NCBI GenBank assembly: GCA_023247035.1
Contig: JAHFHG010000001.1
Span: 2,021-66,020 of the forward strand
Direction of reading: 5' to 3'
Source of the DNA: Candidatus Omnitrophota bacterium
GTDB taxonomy: Bacteria; Omnitrophota; Omnitrophia; Omnitrophales; Aquincolibacteriaceae
DNA: 64,000 nt
A model generated the notes under the pieces. That model searched no databases and had not been told where the DNA came from. It saw only the letters and a list, made by a program, of their open reading frames with translations. Shown one piece after another: positions 8,613-18,715 of the stretch. The stretch's first letter is position 1. Each line of letters starts with the position of its first letter. Both the position numbers and the translations under genes were made by a program.

Positions 8613-10340
8613 ATGAAAACCCCGATGACGAAAGAGAAAATGGTGCAGGTCCTTGAGGAAATAGCGTTTCTTCTGGAGATAAAGGGCGAGAATTTTTTCA
8701 AGGTTCGGGCGTTTCAGAATGCAGCCCGTATTCTTGAAGGGCATCCGAGCGACGCGGGGACTCTGATTGAGACGGGCGAGCTTGAGAAGCTGAAAGGAAT
8801 CGGGAAGGGAACGATTGCAGAGATTGTCCACGATCTTTATGAGAAAGGGAAATCAAAGGGCTACGAAGAACTTCGCAAGGGATTTCCCGCAAGCCTGTTT
8901 GAACTTTTCAAAATACCCGGCTTCGGCGCCAAACGCATCAAGGCCGTTTACGAAAAGCTGGCCGTTCAATCCGTCGAAGGACTTGAATCCGCCGCTCAAA
9001 ACGGCCGCCTCGCCAAACTGGAAGGATTCGGAGAAAAATTGCAGGATAGGATTCTGGCGAATATCCGGCAGATGAAAAAATCCGAAGGGCGTTTTTTGAT
9101 CGACGTCGCCACAAACCAGGCGGGAAAATTACTTGCCTACCTCAAAAAACAAAAGGGGATCGAACGGATCGAAATTGCCGGAAGCCTCAGGCGCTGCAAA
9201 GAAATCGTCAAAGATATTGATATCCTTGTCAGCGCGAAAAATCCGCAGGCTATTCACGAGGCGTTTATCCAATATCCCGAAACGGCTTCGGTCATTGCGC
9301 ACGGCGAGACGAAATCCAGCATCGCGCTCAAGTCCGGAATGAATTGCGATTTAAGAACCGTGTCCCTTCGAGAGTTTCCCTGCGCCCTTTATTATTTCAC
9401 CGGAAGCAAAGAACACAACGTCGCCGTTCGGACAATTGCCAAAAAGAAAGGAATCAAAATCAACGAATACGGCCTGTTTAAAGGCAAGCGCCTGATCCCT
9501 TGCGCCAGCGAGGCGGAAATTTTTGAGCGCGTCGGGCTTCATTATATTCCTCCCGAGGTGCGGGAGAATACGGGCGAGATCGAATGGGCCGCCGAAAATA
9601 ATTTTCCCGATCTTATCGAAGAAAAAAATATCCGCGGAGTGTTTCACGTTCACTCCACTTACAGCGACGGCGTCGCCAGCCTTGAGGAAATGATCCGAAG
9701 CGCCCAAGAAAAAGGCTACGAATACGTGGGGATTTCCGATCACAGCCAGTCCGCGAAATATGCAGGAGGGCTCGAAGAGAAAAGGCTTTACCGGCAGTGG
9801 AAAGAAATCGACCAGCTTCAGAAACGTTTCAAGATCCGGATTTTTAAAGGGATTGAATCCGACATTCTGCGGGACGGGAGCCTCGACTATCCGGAGCCTA
9901 TCCTTTCTCAATTTGATTTTGTGATCGGCTCCGTGCACAGCCGCTTCAATCTTCCTGAAGCCGAGATGACGGAACGCCTGTGCCGCGCAATGGAAAATAA
10001 ATACACGACATTTTTGGGTCATCTCACGGGACGGCTGCTTTTGAGCCGCGAGGGTTACGCTCTCAATATGGAGCGCGTGATTCAAGCCGCAAAACAAACA
10101 GGCGCGGCCATTGAGCTGAACGCCCAGCCGCAGCGTCTTGAACTCGACTGGCGGTTTTGTCAAACCGCCAAGCGCGAAGGTGTCGGTATCAGCATTCACC
10201 CTGACGCGCACGCCGTGAGCCATATGAATTACGTGACGTACGGAATAGGAATTGCGCGCAAAGGCTGGCTTGAGAAAGAAAATGTGACGAATACCATGAA
10301 TCTCAATGCGATGGAAAAATTTTTGAAGAAGAGGAAGTAG
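8613..10340 (+). CDS. polX: DNA polymerase X / 3'-5' exonuclease (PolX-PHP)
   Basis: HhH GIGKG, GSLRR..DID, YFTGSKEHN; PHP motifs HVHSTYSDG, SDHS, DAH. Confidence 0.95.
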   Translation: MKTPMTKEKMVQVLEEIAFLLEIKGENFFKVRAFQNAARILEGHPSDAGTLIETGELEKLKGIGKGTIAEIVHDLYEKGKSKGYEELRKGFPASLFELFKIPGFGAKRIKAVYEKLAVQSVEGLESAAQNGRLAKLEGFGEKLQDRILANIRQMKKSEGRFLIDVATNQAGKLLAYLKKQKGIERIEIAGSLRRCKEIVKDIDILVSAKNPQAIHEAFIQYPETASVIAHGETKSSIALKSGMNCDLRTVSLREFPCALYYFTGSKEHNVAVRTIAKKKGIKINEYGLFKGKRLIPCASEAEIFERVGLHYIPPEVRENTGEIEWAAENNFPDLIEEKNIRGVFHVHSTYSDGVASLEEMIRSAQEKGYEYVGISDHSQSAKYAGGLEEKRLYRQWKEIDQLQKRFKIRIFKGIESDILRDGSLDYPEPILSQFDFVIGSVHSRFNLPEAEMTERLCRAMENKYTTFLGHLTGRLLLSREGYALNMERVIQAAKQTGAAIELNAQPQRLELDWRFCQTAKREGVGISIHPDAHAVSHMNYVTYGIGIARKGWLEKENVTNTMNLNAMEKFLKKRK

Positions 10341-10354
10341 GGGCAGGTCAGGTT

Positions 10355-10409
10355 TGCTTTGTCATTTGTGGATTCCGGCTCGGCCTTTGGCCGTCCGGAA
10401 TGACAAGCA
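10355..10409. repeat. Partial GTCATT/GGAATGAC-family palindromic REP-like element
   Basis: TGCTTTGTCATT..TGGATTCCGG-CTCGGCCTTTGGCCG-TCCGGAATGACAAGCA hairpin between polX and nth. Confidence 0.6.
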
Positions 10410-10431
10410 GGATACAAATATCATTAACGTG

Positions 10432-11151
10432 ATGAAAGAGACCTTAAAAGCAAAACGAAGCCGCGTACGGAAAATTATCCAGACCTTGCGCAAAGTCTAC
10501 CCAAATCCCAAATGCGCGCTTCATTTTTCCAATCCATTTGAACTTCTGGTGGCGACCGTTCTTTCGGCGCAGTGCACGGATAAGCGCGTGAATATCGTCA
10601 CGCCCGCGCTTTTTCAAAAATTCCGGAGCGTTCAGGATTTTTCAAAAGCCAAACTCGAGAGCGTTGAAGAGATAATACGCTCCACTGGATTTTACAAAAA
10701 CAAAGCAAAGAACATCGTTGGAGCGGCATTAGAAATTGTAAAACGTTTTGGCGGCAAGGTGCCGCACCGGCTCGAAGATATGATCTCGCTGCCCGGCGTT
10801 GGACGCAAGACGGCGAATGTGATCTTGGGGAATGTCTTCGGTATTCCCGGCCTTACCGTGGACACTCACATGATCCGGATCAACGGGCGCTTGGGACTGA
10901 CCGAGCGCACGGATCCTGTGAAAATCGAATTTGATTTAATGCCGCTCGTTCCGCAAAAAGAATGGACGGATTATTCTCATTGGATTATCCACCACGGCCG
11001 GACGCGCTGCCCCGCCCGGAAGCCGGATTGTCCCAACTGTGAAATCCTGCGCTATTGTCCGGCGGGGAAGAAGACGAATAGCATTGTAGGGACGGGGCTT
11101 GTCCCCGTCCGTGGGCGACCACGAGGGTCGCCCCTACGTAAGCAACAATGA
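10432..11151 (+). CDS. nth: Endonuclease III
   Basis: LSAQCTD, HhH LPGVGRKTA, VDTH, [4Fe-4S] C-x6-C-x2-C-x5-C. Start reassigned to ATG 10432. Confidence 0.95.
   Translation: MKETLKAKRSRVRKIIQTLRKVYPNPKCALHFSNPFELLVATVLSAQCTDKRVNIVTPALFQKFRSVQDFSKAKLESVEEIIRSTGFYKNKAKNIVGAALEIVKRFGGKVPHRLEDMISLPGVGRKTANVILGNVFGIPGLTVDTHMIRINGRLGLTERTDPVKIEFDLMPLVPQKEWTDYSHWIIHHGRTRCPARKPDCPNCEILRYCPAGKKTNSIVGTGLVPVRGRPRGSPLRKQQ
11086..11137. repeat. GTAG-type REP doublet inside the 3' end of nth
   Basis: GTAG-GGACGGGG-CTTGT-CCCCGTCC..GGGCGACC-ACGA-GGGTCGCCC-CTAC. Confidence 0.8.
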
Positions 11152-12311
11152 CACAAATCGCAGAAGATAGGGCTTCCCAAATTAAGCGCCTCGCCCGTGA
11201 AATTGGCTTTGATGAGATCGGGATTACTCCGGTGGAAATCGAAGGCCCGGGGGAAAAATCAATCCGGGATTGGGTCAAAGAAGGCCGCCACGGAGCGATG
11301 AAATACCTTGAAGATTTTTCCTCCCGCCGGCAGAATTTTTTTTCGGATTTCCCGGACGCAAAAAGCGTGATCGTGCTGGGAGCCAACTACTACACTCAAG
11401 AGTCGCCGGAAAGGTTCTTCAACCCTTCTCTTAAATTACAAGGCCGTATTGCCCGCTACGCCTGGGGGAAAGATTATCACGAGGTCATTACCAAAAAACA
11501 TCAAATTTTTCTGGAACGTTTGAGGAAGCTCGTAGATTTTCCGCTCAAGGCAAAATCCTGTGTCGATATTCAGCCCGTTCCGGAAAGGTATACGGCCGTA
11601 CGCGCCGGCCTGGGTTTTATCGGAAAACATACCGGGCTTTTGAGCCAAAGGTTCGGGCCCTGGCTTTTCCTTTCTGAAATTGTTACGAATCTTGACCTGC
11701 CTGCGGATATTCCAAGCGAAGGAGATTGTGGAACCTGTTCGTATTGCCAGGGCGCGTGCCCGACCGGAGCGCTCGATCAGGATTATAAAATCGACGCGCG
11801 GCTTTGCATCGCCTATTTGACGATTGAATATAAAGGGATCATTCCGCGCGCGCTGCGTCCCAAAATAAAGGATTGGATTTTCGGCTGCGACGAATGCCTG
11901 GCGGTTTGCCCCTTCGGATCCAAAGCCAAGGAAAGCGGCTGGCAGGAATTGAAACCTGCGGCCGGTCACGGAGCGCGGCTTGATTTTGAGGAACTCTTTG
12001 ATCTCGCTTCCAACTCTTCTTACGAAAAACAATATCAAGGCACGGCGCTTCTGCGCGCGAGCCGCAAACAAATGCTCCGCAACGCCTGTATCGTGCTCGG
12101 CAATTCCGGAAGGGAAGAAGCGATTCCTTATCTTGCGCGGGCGCTTTCGTCAAAGTTTCCGCTCGTCCGGCTTCACGCGGCCTGGGCCCTGGGGCAATTG
12201 AGATTTCCGCGCTCCGCTCAAATTCTAAAACAGAGCCTGGAATCCGAATCCGATCCCGCCGTCCACGAAGAAATATTTTTTTCGTTGTCCCAGCTCGGCG
12301 CGGCGGATTAA
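11148..12311 (+). CDS. queG: tRNA epoxyqueuosine reductase QueG
   Basis: ARYAWGKDYH, CGTCSYCQGACPT, CIAYLTIE, GCDECLAVCP; HEAT-like C-terminus. Confidence 0.94.
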   Translation: MTQIAEDRASQIKRLAREIGFDEIGITPVEIEGPGEKSIRDWVKEGRHGAMKYLEDFSSRRQNFFSDFPDAKSVIVLGANYYTQESPERFFNPSLKLQGRIARYAWGKDYHEVITKKHQIFLERLRKLVDFPLKAKSCVDIQPVPERYTAVRAGLGFIGKHTGLLSQRFGPWLFLSEIVTNLDLPADIPSEGDCGTCSYCQGACPTGALDQDYKIDARLCIAYLTIEYKGIIPRALRPKIKDWIFGCDECLAVCPFGSKAKESGWQELKPAAGHGARLDFEELFDLASNSSYEKQYQGTALLRASRKQMLRNACIVLGNSGREEAIPYLARALSSKFPLVRLHAAWALGQLRFPRSAQILKQSLESESDPAVHEEIFFSLSQLGAAD

Positions 12312-12344
12312 AGGTTCAAAGAGGAAGGGAGGAAGGAAATTTTC

Positions 12345-13655
12345 CTAAATCTTGACCGCCAATACGGTCGTGTCGTCGTGCTGCTCCGCGCCTTGGGTGA
12401 AGACTTCCCAATCGTGCAGAATTTCAGAAGTGTAGTTCGATGCCCGAGGTAATTTTTTATTCACGGCCTTCGCTAACCGCTCAAGAGAATACTCAACGCC
12501 CGCCTTGTTCCTGGCTTCAATGACGCCGTCGGTGTAAGTAATAAAGACATCTTGCGGATTTATCGCAACGGTATTTTCCGAATAGGGACTTCCTTCCACA
12601 AGTCCGACCGGCGGCCCGCCTGTATTGGCCAGACTTTCCACTTTGCCGGAGGCTGCGCTCACTTTGAGAATAGGGTGGTGGCCGGCGGAAGTATACGTTA
12701 AGGTTTTTTTCTCCAAGTCCGCAATCATATAAAGTAAAGTGACAAACATTCCGCGCGGGCTGTCCTTGGCCAGGACATTATTTAGAGCGCTTAACAGGCT
12801 TGCGGGAGTTTGAAGGCGCGGGGCGAGGAAACGGTATTCGGAAATGGCGCGGACCATATACAGGGCTGCGGGGACGCCTTTGCCCGAAACGTCGCCGATC
12901 ACAATCCCGGTTTTTGAATTGTCCAAATTGACCACGTCGTAAAAATCTCCGCTGACCTGGCGCGCGGGAATATTTTTTGCCGCGATGTCAATTCCGAAGC
13001 GGTTCTTGTTCAGATCCGGCAGAAAGTTCTGCTGGATTTCCTGGGCAATTTTAAGCTCCTGGCGCGTCTTTTCCTGCTTGACCGTTTCCGCGTGAAGCCT
13101 TGCATTCTCAATGGCGAGGGCGGCTTGATCCGCAAAGATCTCGAAAAGTTTAAGGTCGCCGGATAAAAATTTCGCGCGGCCGATCGGGTTGATCGCCTCG
13201 AGGACTCCGATCAATTTTCCTTTTGCCCGCATCGGGACGCAGATCAAGGCCTTGGTGAGAAAGCCCGTCGCTTGATCGAAACGTTTTGCAAATCTCCGGT
13301 CTTTGCGCGCTTCATTGACGATAAGGGGTTTCCCGCTCAGGGCTACAGATCCGGCGATCCCTTCTCCCAATTTGACGCGGAATTTTTCCACCAGATCGTT
13401 TCCCTTGGAGCCTAAGGCGATTTTAAAGATCAGTTCCTGCCTTGTTTCATCAAGCAGCATAAGCGAAGCCACTTTGGCGCTCATCACTTTTGCCGCCGTA
13501 TTCATAATGACCGTAAGCAGCTCGCCGATTTCCAGGGTGGAATTAAGCCGGGCGTTGACGGCCAGGACTTTTTGAAGATGATGGACCGTTGTCTTTAGGG
13601 ATTCCCGGCTGTTTGTTCTCTTCGCTTTTCTTTTTTGCGTCGTGCGTTTGCTCAA
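12345..13655 (-). CDS. GAF + SpoIIE/PP2C (RsbU-like) protein phosphatase
   Basis: N-terminal GAF; SGDFYD, GDVSGKG, YTDGVIEA, DDTT. Confidence 0.92.
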   Translation of the reverse strand: MSKRTTQKRKAKRTNSRESLKTTVHHLQKVLAVNARLNSTLEIGELLTVIMNTAAKVMSAKVASLMLLDETRQELIFKIALGSKGNDLVEKFRVKLGEGIAGSVALSGKPLIVNEARKDRRFAKRFDQATGFLTKALICVPMRAKGKLIGVLEAINPIGRAKFLSGDLKLFEIFADQAALAIENARLHAETVKQEKTRQELKIAQEIQQNFLPDLNKNRFGIDIAAKNIPARQVSGDFYDVVNLDNSKTGIVIGDVSGKGVPAALYMVRAISEYRFLAPRLQTPASLLSALNNVLAKDSPRGMFVTLLYMIADLEKKTLTYTSAGHHPILKVSAASGKVESLANTGGPPVGLVEGSPYSENTVAINPQDVFITYTDGVIEARNKAGVEYSLERLAKAVNKKLPRASNYTSEILHDWEVFTQGAEQHDDTTVLAVKI

Positions 13656-13665
13656 TGGAGAACTC

Positions 13666-14379
13666 CTACCCGATCCACCGGCGGGATAAAAGCCCCACGG
13701 CCGCCGCGTACAGGAAACTCAAAATAAAATCCGGCGCATTTTTGAGACGCGCCGAGGCAAATCTCAAAACGCCTACGGACGGGGACAAAGCTAATAACGG
13801 CGCCGAAGAGGGAGCGGCAAAAAGGGCGGTAATCAAAATCCGTTCAAGCCCGCCGTGAAGGATTTCCAAGGTCGTGATCGAGTGGTCGGGCCGGCTGCTC
13901 TCCGGGAAATAACTTTTCCGAAAGTTGTGCAGGAGATAACTCCCGCCGAGCGTTGTCAGAAGAAAAACGATGGCAAGCCGGGTCCAGCGTTCCTTGAGAT
14001 AAAAGATATCAAGCGCCTGCATATCGGGGAAGCCGATCTTCAGCTTTGAAACGGGAAAAAACAGGATGCTCGCTAAAAATAAAATATGAATCATCTGGTC
14101 GGTCAAAAAAACCAAACATTGAGAACGCGGGTACTTTTCTTGGAGGGAATATTTAAAGCGGTCCTGGAAAAAGTGGATCAGCGAAATGGCTCCGGTGAAA
14201 ATCCAAATAAACGGTTTATCCAAATAAGGAAAGAGGAGAAGCAGGTAGGTCCCGAAATGGATCAGGATATGGGCGAAGTGCCCGAGCCGGCTGCGGAGTT
14301 TTAAACGGTAGAGTTCCTCAAATTGAAGGAAGAAATCCGCAATCAAATGGCCGAGAATGAGTTTGTAGAAAATAAACAT
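13666..14379 (-). CDS. DUF3307-family membrane protein
   Basis: GHLIADFFLQ, HILIH, HFFQD, DQMIH, GGLER motifs; multi-TM. Confidence 0.75.
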   Translation of the reverse strand: MFIFYKLILGHLIADFFLQFEELYRLKLRSRLGHFAHILIHFGTYLLLLFPYLDKPFIWIFTGAISLIHFFQDRFKYSLQEKYPRSQCLVFLTDQMIHILFLASILFFPVSKLKIGFPDMQALDIFYLKERWTRLAIVFLLTTLGGSYLLHNFRKSYFPESSRPDHSITTLEILHGGLERILITALFAAPSSAPLLALSPSVGVLRFASARLKNAPDFILSFLYAAAVGLLSRRWIG

Positions 14380-14517
14380 AGGCGACGGCTCTGAAATTTA
14401 AAGATATAGGATATAGGATTTCCCTTTATTAACGGTTAGAAATCAAAAAAAGATAAGAATTCCCGCCTCCCCCGAGTTGGCTTGAATTAAAGGGTAACCG
14501 AAGAAAGGGGTTGCATC

Positions 14518-14784
14518 GTGAATCCGCAGTCCAAAAAAGAGCGCCGCAAAACCTTAGGGTTACGTTATCAAAAAGCCTCTCGAAAAGAAAAATCTCAAAT
14601 CCTCGATGAGATTTGTACCAATCTTGGTTTTAACCGTAAATACGCCGTCCGTTGGCTTCGAAACTGGAAACTCCCAAGACGCCGGAAGCCTAAAAATAAA
14701 CCCGGCCCCAAACCCCAATACCAACATCCCAATTCCCTCAAGAAAATCTGCATTGCCACCAACCTCATCTGCTCCAAACCCTGA
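14518..14784 (+). pseudogene. Truncated N-terminal remnant of an IS transposase (rve/ISNCY-IS481-like)
   Basis: RYQKASRKEKSQILDEIC..GFNRKYAVRWL..KPGPKPQY is typical of such transposase N-termini; no DDE domain follows. Confidence 0.7.
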
Positions 14785-14857
14785 GCCGGAAGCGCGGAGG
14801 AAGTTGGTGGAGCAGGCAGGTTGCAATACGTCCCTACTTATAGGATAATCACAGCCT

Positions 14858-16345
14858 ATGACTCATAGTCCATTCGTTGAGGAAAAAAAGAAAAACAAAA
14901 CTTATAAAAATCTCTCTTCCTTTATTTCGGAGCTTCGCCGCTGCGGCGAGCTTCACGAAATCCGCGCGGCCGTGGATCCGGTTTTAGAGGTCGCCGAAAT
15001 TTATGACCGGGTTGTCAAGAACGAAGGCCCGGCGCTTCTCTTTCATAACATCAAAGGATCGCAGATTCCCTTAGGCATCAATCTGTTCGGATCCACGAAA
15101 CGAATGGCCTTGGCATTGGGCGTTTCATCGCCTGAAGAAGTCGCCCGCCGGATTGAGGAGCTGGTCGAGGCCAAGCCGCCGCAGGGAATTATGGATAAAA
15201 TCCAATGGATCCCCAAAATGGGCGCTTTGCTGAATGCCTTGTCCCCGAAAATAGTTGCGAGCGCTCCGTGTCAGGCAGTGGTGGTTCGCGCAGGCGAAGG
15301 CCCTTTACTGGATAAGCTTCCTATCCTCCAATGCTGGCCTGAAGACGGCGGCAAGTTTATTACTTTTCCTCTCGTCATTTCCCGGGATCCCGAAACCGGA
15401 AAGCGCAATGTGGGCCTTTACCGGATGCACGTTTATGACAATCAAACTACAGGAATGCATTGGCAGATTCATAAGGACGGGGCCGAACATTTCCGCAGGC
15501 TGGGAAAGCAAAAAAGGCTCGAAGTCGCGGCGGTCATCGGCGCAGATCCGGCGACTATGTTTTCGGCCGCCTGCCCGCTTCCCTCCGGAATGGATGAGTT
15601 GATGATGGCCGGTTTCTTGCGCCAGGAGCCCGTGGAATTAGTCAAATGCAGGACGATTGATCTTGAGGTGCCGGCCGAGGCCGAGATTGTTTTAGAAGGA
15701 TACGTCCAAGAAGGGGAGCTGAGAACCGAAGGCCCGTTCGGCGATCACACCGGTTTTTATTCCCGAGCCAAGGAGTTTCCCGTTTTTCATATCACCTGTA
15801 TGACGCACCGGAAAAATCCTGTCTACGCCACGACCGTCGTGGGCCGACCGCCAATGGAAGACTGTTATATGGGAAAGGCGATCGAAAGAATTTTCCTGCC
15901 GCTTATCCGCAAACAAGTCCCTGAGATCGCGGACATTCATCTTCCTTGGGAGGGATGTTTCCATAACTGTATGATCCTTTCAATCCGTAAGAGCTACCCG
16001 GAGCACGCCAAAAAGGTGATGAGCGCGATTTGGGGCTTGGGGCAAATGATGTTTTCCAAATGTATTATTGTTTTGGATCAGGACGCCAATATTCAGGATC
16101 TAAAGGAAGTGGCTTGGCGCACTTTCAATAATGTGGATCCTAAAAGGGACATCCTGTTTACGGAAGGGCCTGTTGACGAGCTGGATCATTCCGCGAGCCA
16201 CGATTTTTTCGGCTCCAAAATGGGAATCGACGCCACGCGGAAAAGCGCCGCAGAGGGCATGAAAAAGCCGTGGCCGGCAGATATCGTTATGAGCCCGGCA
16301 ATGAAGGATCTGGTGAGCAAGAGATGGAAAGAGTACGGCTTTTAA
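14858..16345 (+). CDS. mqnL: UbiD-family menaquinone biosynthesis decarboxylase
   Basis: EGPFGDHTGFY, NVGLYRM, KMGIDAT; futalosine operon context. Confidence 0.9.
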   Translation: MTHSPFVEEKKKNKTYKNLSSFISELRRCGELHEIRAAVDPVLEVAEIYDRVVKNEGPALLFHNIKGSQIPLGINLFGSTKRMALALGVSSPEEVARRIEELVEAKPPQGIMDKIQWIPKMGALLNALSPKIVASAPCQAVVVRAGEGPLLDKLPILQCWPEDGGKFITFPLVISRDPETGKRNVGLYRMHVYDNQTTGMHWQIHKDGAEHFRRLGKQKRLEVAAVIGADPATMFSAACPLPSGMDELMMAGFLRQEPVELVKCRTIDLEVPAEAEIVLEGYVQEGELRTEGPFGDHTGFYSRAKEFPVFHITCMTHRKNPVYATTVVGRPPMEDCYMGKAIERIFLPLIRKQVPEIADIHLPWEGCFHNCMILSIRKSYPEHAKKVMSAIWGLGQMMFSKCIIVLDQDANIQDLKEVAWRTFNNVDPKRDILFTEGPVDELDHSASHDFFGSKMGIDATRKSAAEGMKKPWPADIVMSPAMKDLVSKRWKEYGF

Positions 16346-17220
16346 CCGAGAGCCTCGGGCAAAAGACCCGCCTTTTTCTGGAGATGATCAAATTTGAGCA
16401 TTCCATTTTCGCCCTTCCTTTTGCTTACCTCGGCTTATTTTTAGCTCAAAAGGGCTGGCCGCGGTGGGATTTGTTTATCCGGGTCAGCGTGGCGATGATT
16501 TCGTTCCGGACAATGGCTATGGGATTCAACCGTTTGATCGACCTTCCCATTGACGGAGAAAATCCGCGCACGAAAAACCGGGCGCTTCCCGCCGGACATT
16601 TGAAACCTGCTTTTGTTTGGATCCTGACAGGGACGTCTTGGCTGGTTTTTGAGCTTAGCGCTTTTCGATTAGGTCAATTATGCTTTATGCTTTCTCCGGT
16701 TCCCGTCATTCTTGCCTGGATTTATCCTTGGACCAAAAGATTTACCTGGTTCTCCCATCTTGTTTTGGGTATCATACTCGGCATCGCCCCTTACGGCGGC
16801 TGGCTTGCAAGCCGGCCGGAGTTTTCCTGGGTGCCCGGGCTTCTGATGCTCGGCGTCGTGACTTGGGTTGCCGGATTCGACATCATTTACGCGCTGCAGG
16901 ATGAAAGTTTCGACCGCCAAAAAGGCCTTTATTCTTTTCCCGCCTGCTTCGGGCCTAAGGCTGCGCTCCGAGTGACAACCCTTTTTCACGTTATGACTTG
17001 GCTGGCTTGGTTTTCGGCAGGGATGCTTGCCGGCCTTGGGCATATCTATCAGCTTGGGATGGCGCTCGCGGGATTGTTTCTTATCCGGGAGCACTGGCTG
17101 ATCCGATCCTTCGGCATTCAGAAAGTCGAAGAGGCGTTTTTCACGATGAATGCCGTCGTCAGCGTTTCTGTTTTCTTAGCGGTTGTCGCAGATTTTTCTT
17201 TGGGGAAATTTTTCCAATGA
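16324..17220 (+). CDS. mqnP: UbiA-family prenyltransferase (futalosine pathway)
   Basis: IKFEHSIFALPFA, NRLID..D..NPRT..R, DIIYALQD..FD. Confidence 0.9.
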   Translation: MERVRLLTESLGQKTRLFLEMIKFEHSIFALPFAYLGLFLAQKGWPRWDLFIRVSVAMISFRTMAMGFNRLIDLPIDGENPRTKNRALPAGHLKPAFVWILTGTSWLVFELSAFRLGQLCFMLSPVPVILAWIYPWTKRFTWFSHLVLGIILGIAPYGGWLASRPEFSWVPGLLMLGVVTWVAGFDIIYALQDESFDRQKGLYSFPACFGPKAALRVTTLFHVMTWLAWFSAGMLAGLGHIYQLGMALAGLFLIREHWLIRSFGIQKVEEAFFTMNAVVSVSVFLAVVADFSLGKFFQ

Positions 17221-17846
17221 AACCTTACATTGTGGCCTTCACGGGAGCCAGCGGTATTCTTTACGGGACCCGGCTTGTCCAGGTCCTGGCCGAGATGGGG
17301 AATACGGTTGAGCTGATCATTTCCGAATCTGCGCGGCTCGTGATCCGCGAAGAAACGGGCTGTTTGCTCAAGAGCTTCACGGATAAGGAAGATTTGGAAA
17401 AGCTGCTGGGTGATTCTATCAAAAATGTCCGCGCTTATTCTCCCCGTGATTTTACCGCCCCGGTTGCGAGCGGCTCTTATCCGACTCAGGGAATGATTGT
17501 TGCGCCGTGCAGTATGGGGACGCTGGGCGCGGTGGCTTCGGGGATCAGCCAGAATCTGATTCACCGGGCCGCCGATTGTATCCTGAAGGAAGGGCGGAAA
17601 CTGGTTCTCGTCCCGCGCGAAACTCCCCTTCACGCGATCCACTTGGAAAATATGCTGAAGCTTTCCCGCCTCGGGGCTAGGATTGTCCCTGCGATGCCTG
17701 CTTTTTATTCCGGCGCAAAGACGATTCGGGATCTCGTCGATTTCATGGTGGGCAAGATACTGGATCAGATGGAGATTGCGCACGGGCTTTATCCGCGCTG
17801 GACGGGGCCTGCGGGAAGCGCTTCGGAGACCTTGAAAAGGTTATGA
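17217..17846 (+). CDS. ubiX: Flavin prenyltransferase UbiX (MqnM)
   Basis: TGASG, ASGS, PCSMGTL, RAAD..LKE.R.LVLVPRETP. Start at ATG 17217. Confidence 0.95.
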   Translation: MKPYIVAFTGASGILYGTRLVQVLAEMGNTVELIISESARLVIREETGCLLKSFTDKEDLEKLLGDSIKNVRAYSPRDFTAPVASGSYPTQGMIVAPCSMGTLGAVASGISQNLIHRAADCILKEGRKLVLVPRETPLHAIHLENMLKLSRLGARIVPAMPAFYSGAKTIRDLVDFMVGKILDQMEIAHGLYPRWTGPAGSASETLKRL

Positions 17847-18715
17847 AAAGCGGCCTTAAGGTCAAAACGAAGATAAGAATCGGAAAAATTTGTTACCTTA
17901 ACTGCCTGCCTTTTTATCACAATTTCAATCCTTCGGAATCCTATGACCTCGATTTTTATGAGGCCGTGCCCGCCGAGATCAATGGGGCGATGAGCCAAGG
18001 GAAAATCGATATCGCCCCTATTTCCTCCTTGGAATACCTGAATCATCAGAAAGACTATTTGATCCTGGAGCCCTTGGTGATCAGCGCCCGTGATTTTTCC
18101 GGCAGCGTGCTTTTATTCTCGCATAAAAAAGTTGAGGAGCTGGATCGGGCCGTGATCGCCCTCTCGCGCGAAAGCCTGAGCTCGGCCGCCCTTCTTAAGA
18201 TCCTTTTGAAATTCAAGTACAAATTCGAAAATGAGTTTGCGGCGGTGGATTCCAATCCCCAGGAAATGCTCGAGCGCTACGATGCGGCCCTGGTCATCGG
18301 CGACAACGCGCTTTTTTATCGTCCCAAAGAATTTGTCTATAAAAATGACTTAAGTGAGATCTGGTGGAACTGGACGGAGAAGCCCTTTTGCTTTGCCCTG
18401 TGGGCCGCACGCCGGGAATTTGCGGAAAATTTTCCCGAGGAAACAGCCGCCTTCTTGAGGAACCTTAAAAAGAATCTAAACAAAAATTTGGAAGATCTCG
18501 AAGGGTTGATTAAAGACGGCCTGAAGATGTCTTTTTTAGACGAGCGGTTTTCGAAAGTTTTCGGATATCTTTTTAATCTGAATTACGGTTTGGATGAAAC
18601 GATGCAGGAAGGCCTTGAGCTTTTTTATCGCCTCGCCGGCCGGCTTAAAGTTTCCCCGAGATTCCGGGAATTCGAATTTTTCAAATCGCCCGGAAATAGC
18701 GGAACCCTATCATGA
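17843..18715 (+). CDS. mqnA: Chorismate dehydratase MqnA
   Basis: IGKICYLNCLP, DIAPISS, ALVIGDNAL, PFCFALW. Confidence 0.9.
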   Translation: MKSGLKVKTKIRIGKICYLNCLPFYHNFNPSESYDLDFYEAVPAEINGAMSQGKIDIAPISSLEYLNHQKDYLILEPLVISARDFSGSVLLFSHKKVEELDRAVIALSRESLSSAALLKILLKFKYKFENEFAAVDSNPQEMLERYDAALVIGDNALFYRPKEFVYKNDLSEIWWNWTEKPFCFALWAARREFAENFPEETAAFLRNLKKNLNKNLEDLEGLIKDGLKMSFLDERFSKVFGYLFNLNYGLDETMQEGLELFYRLAGRLKVSPRFREFEFFKSPGNSGTLS

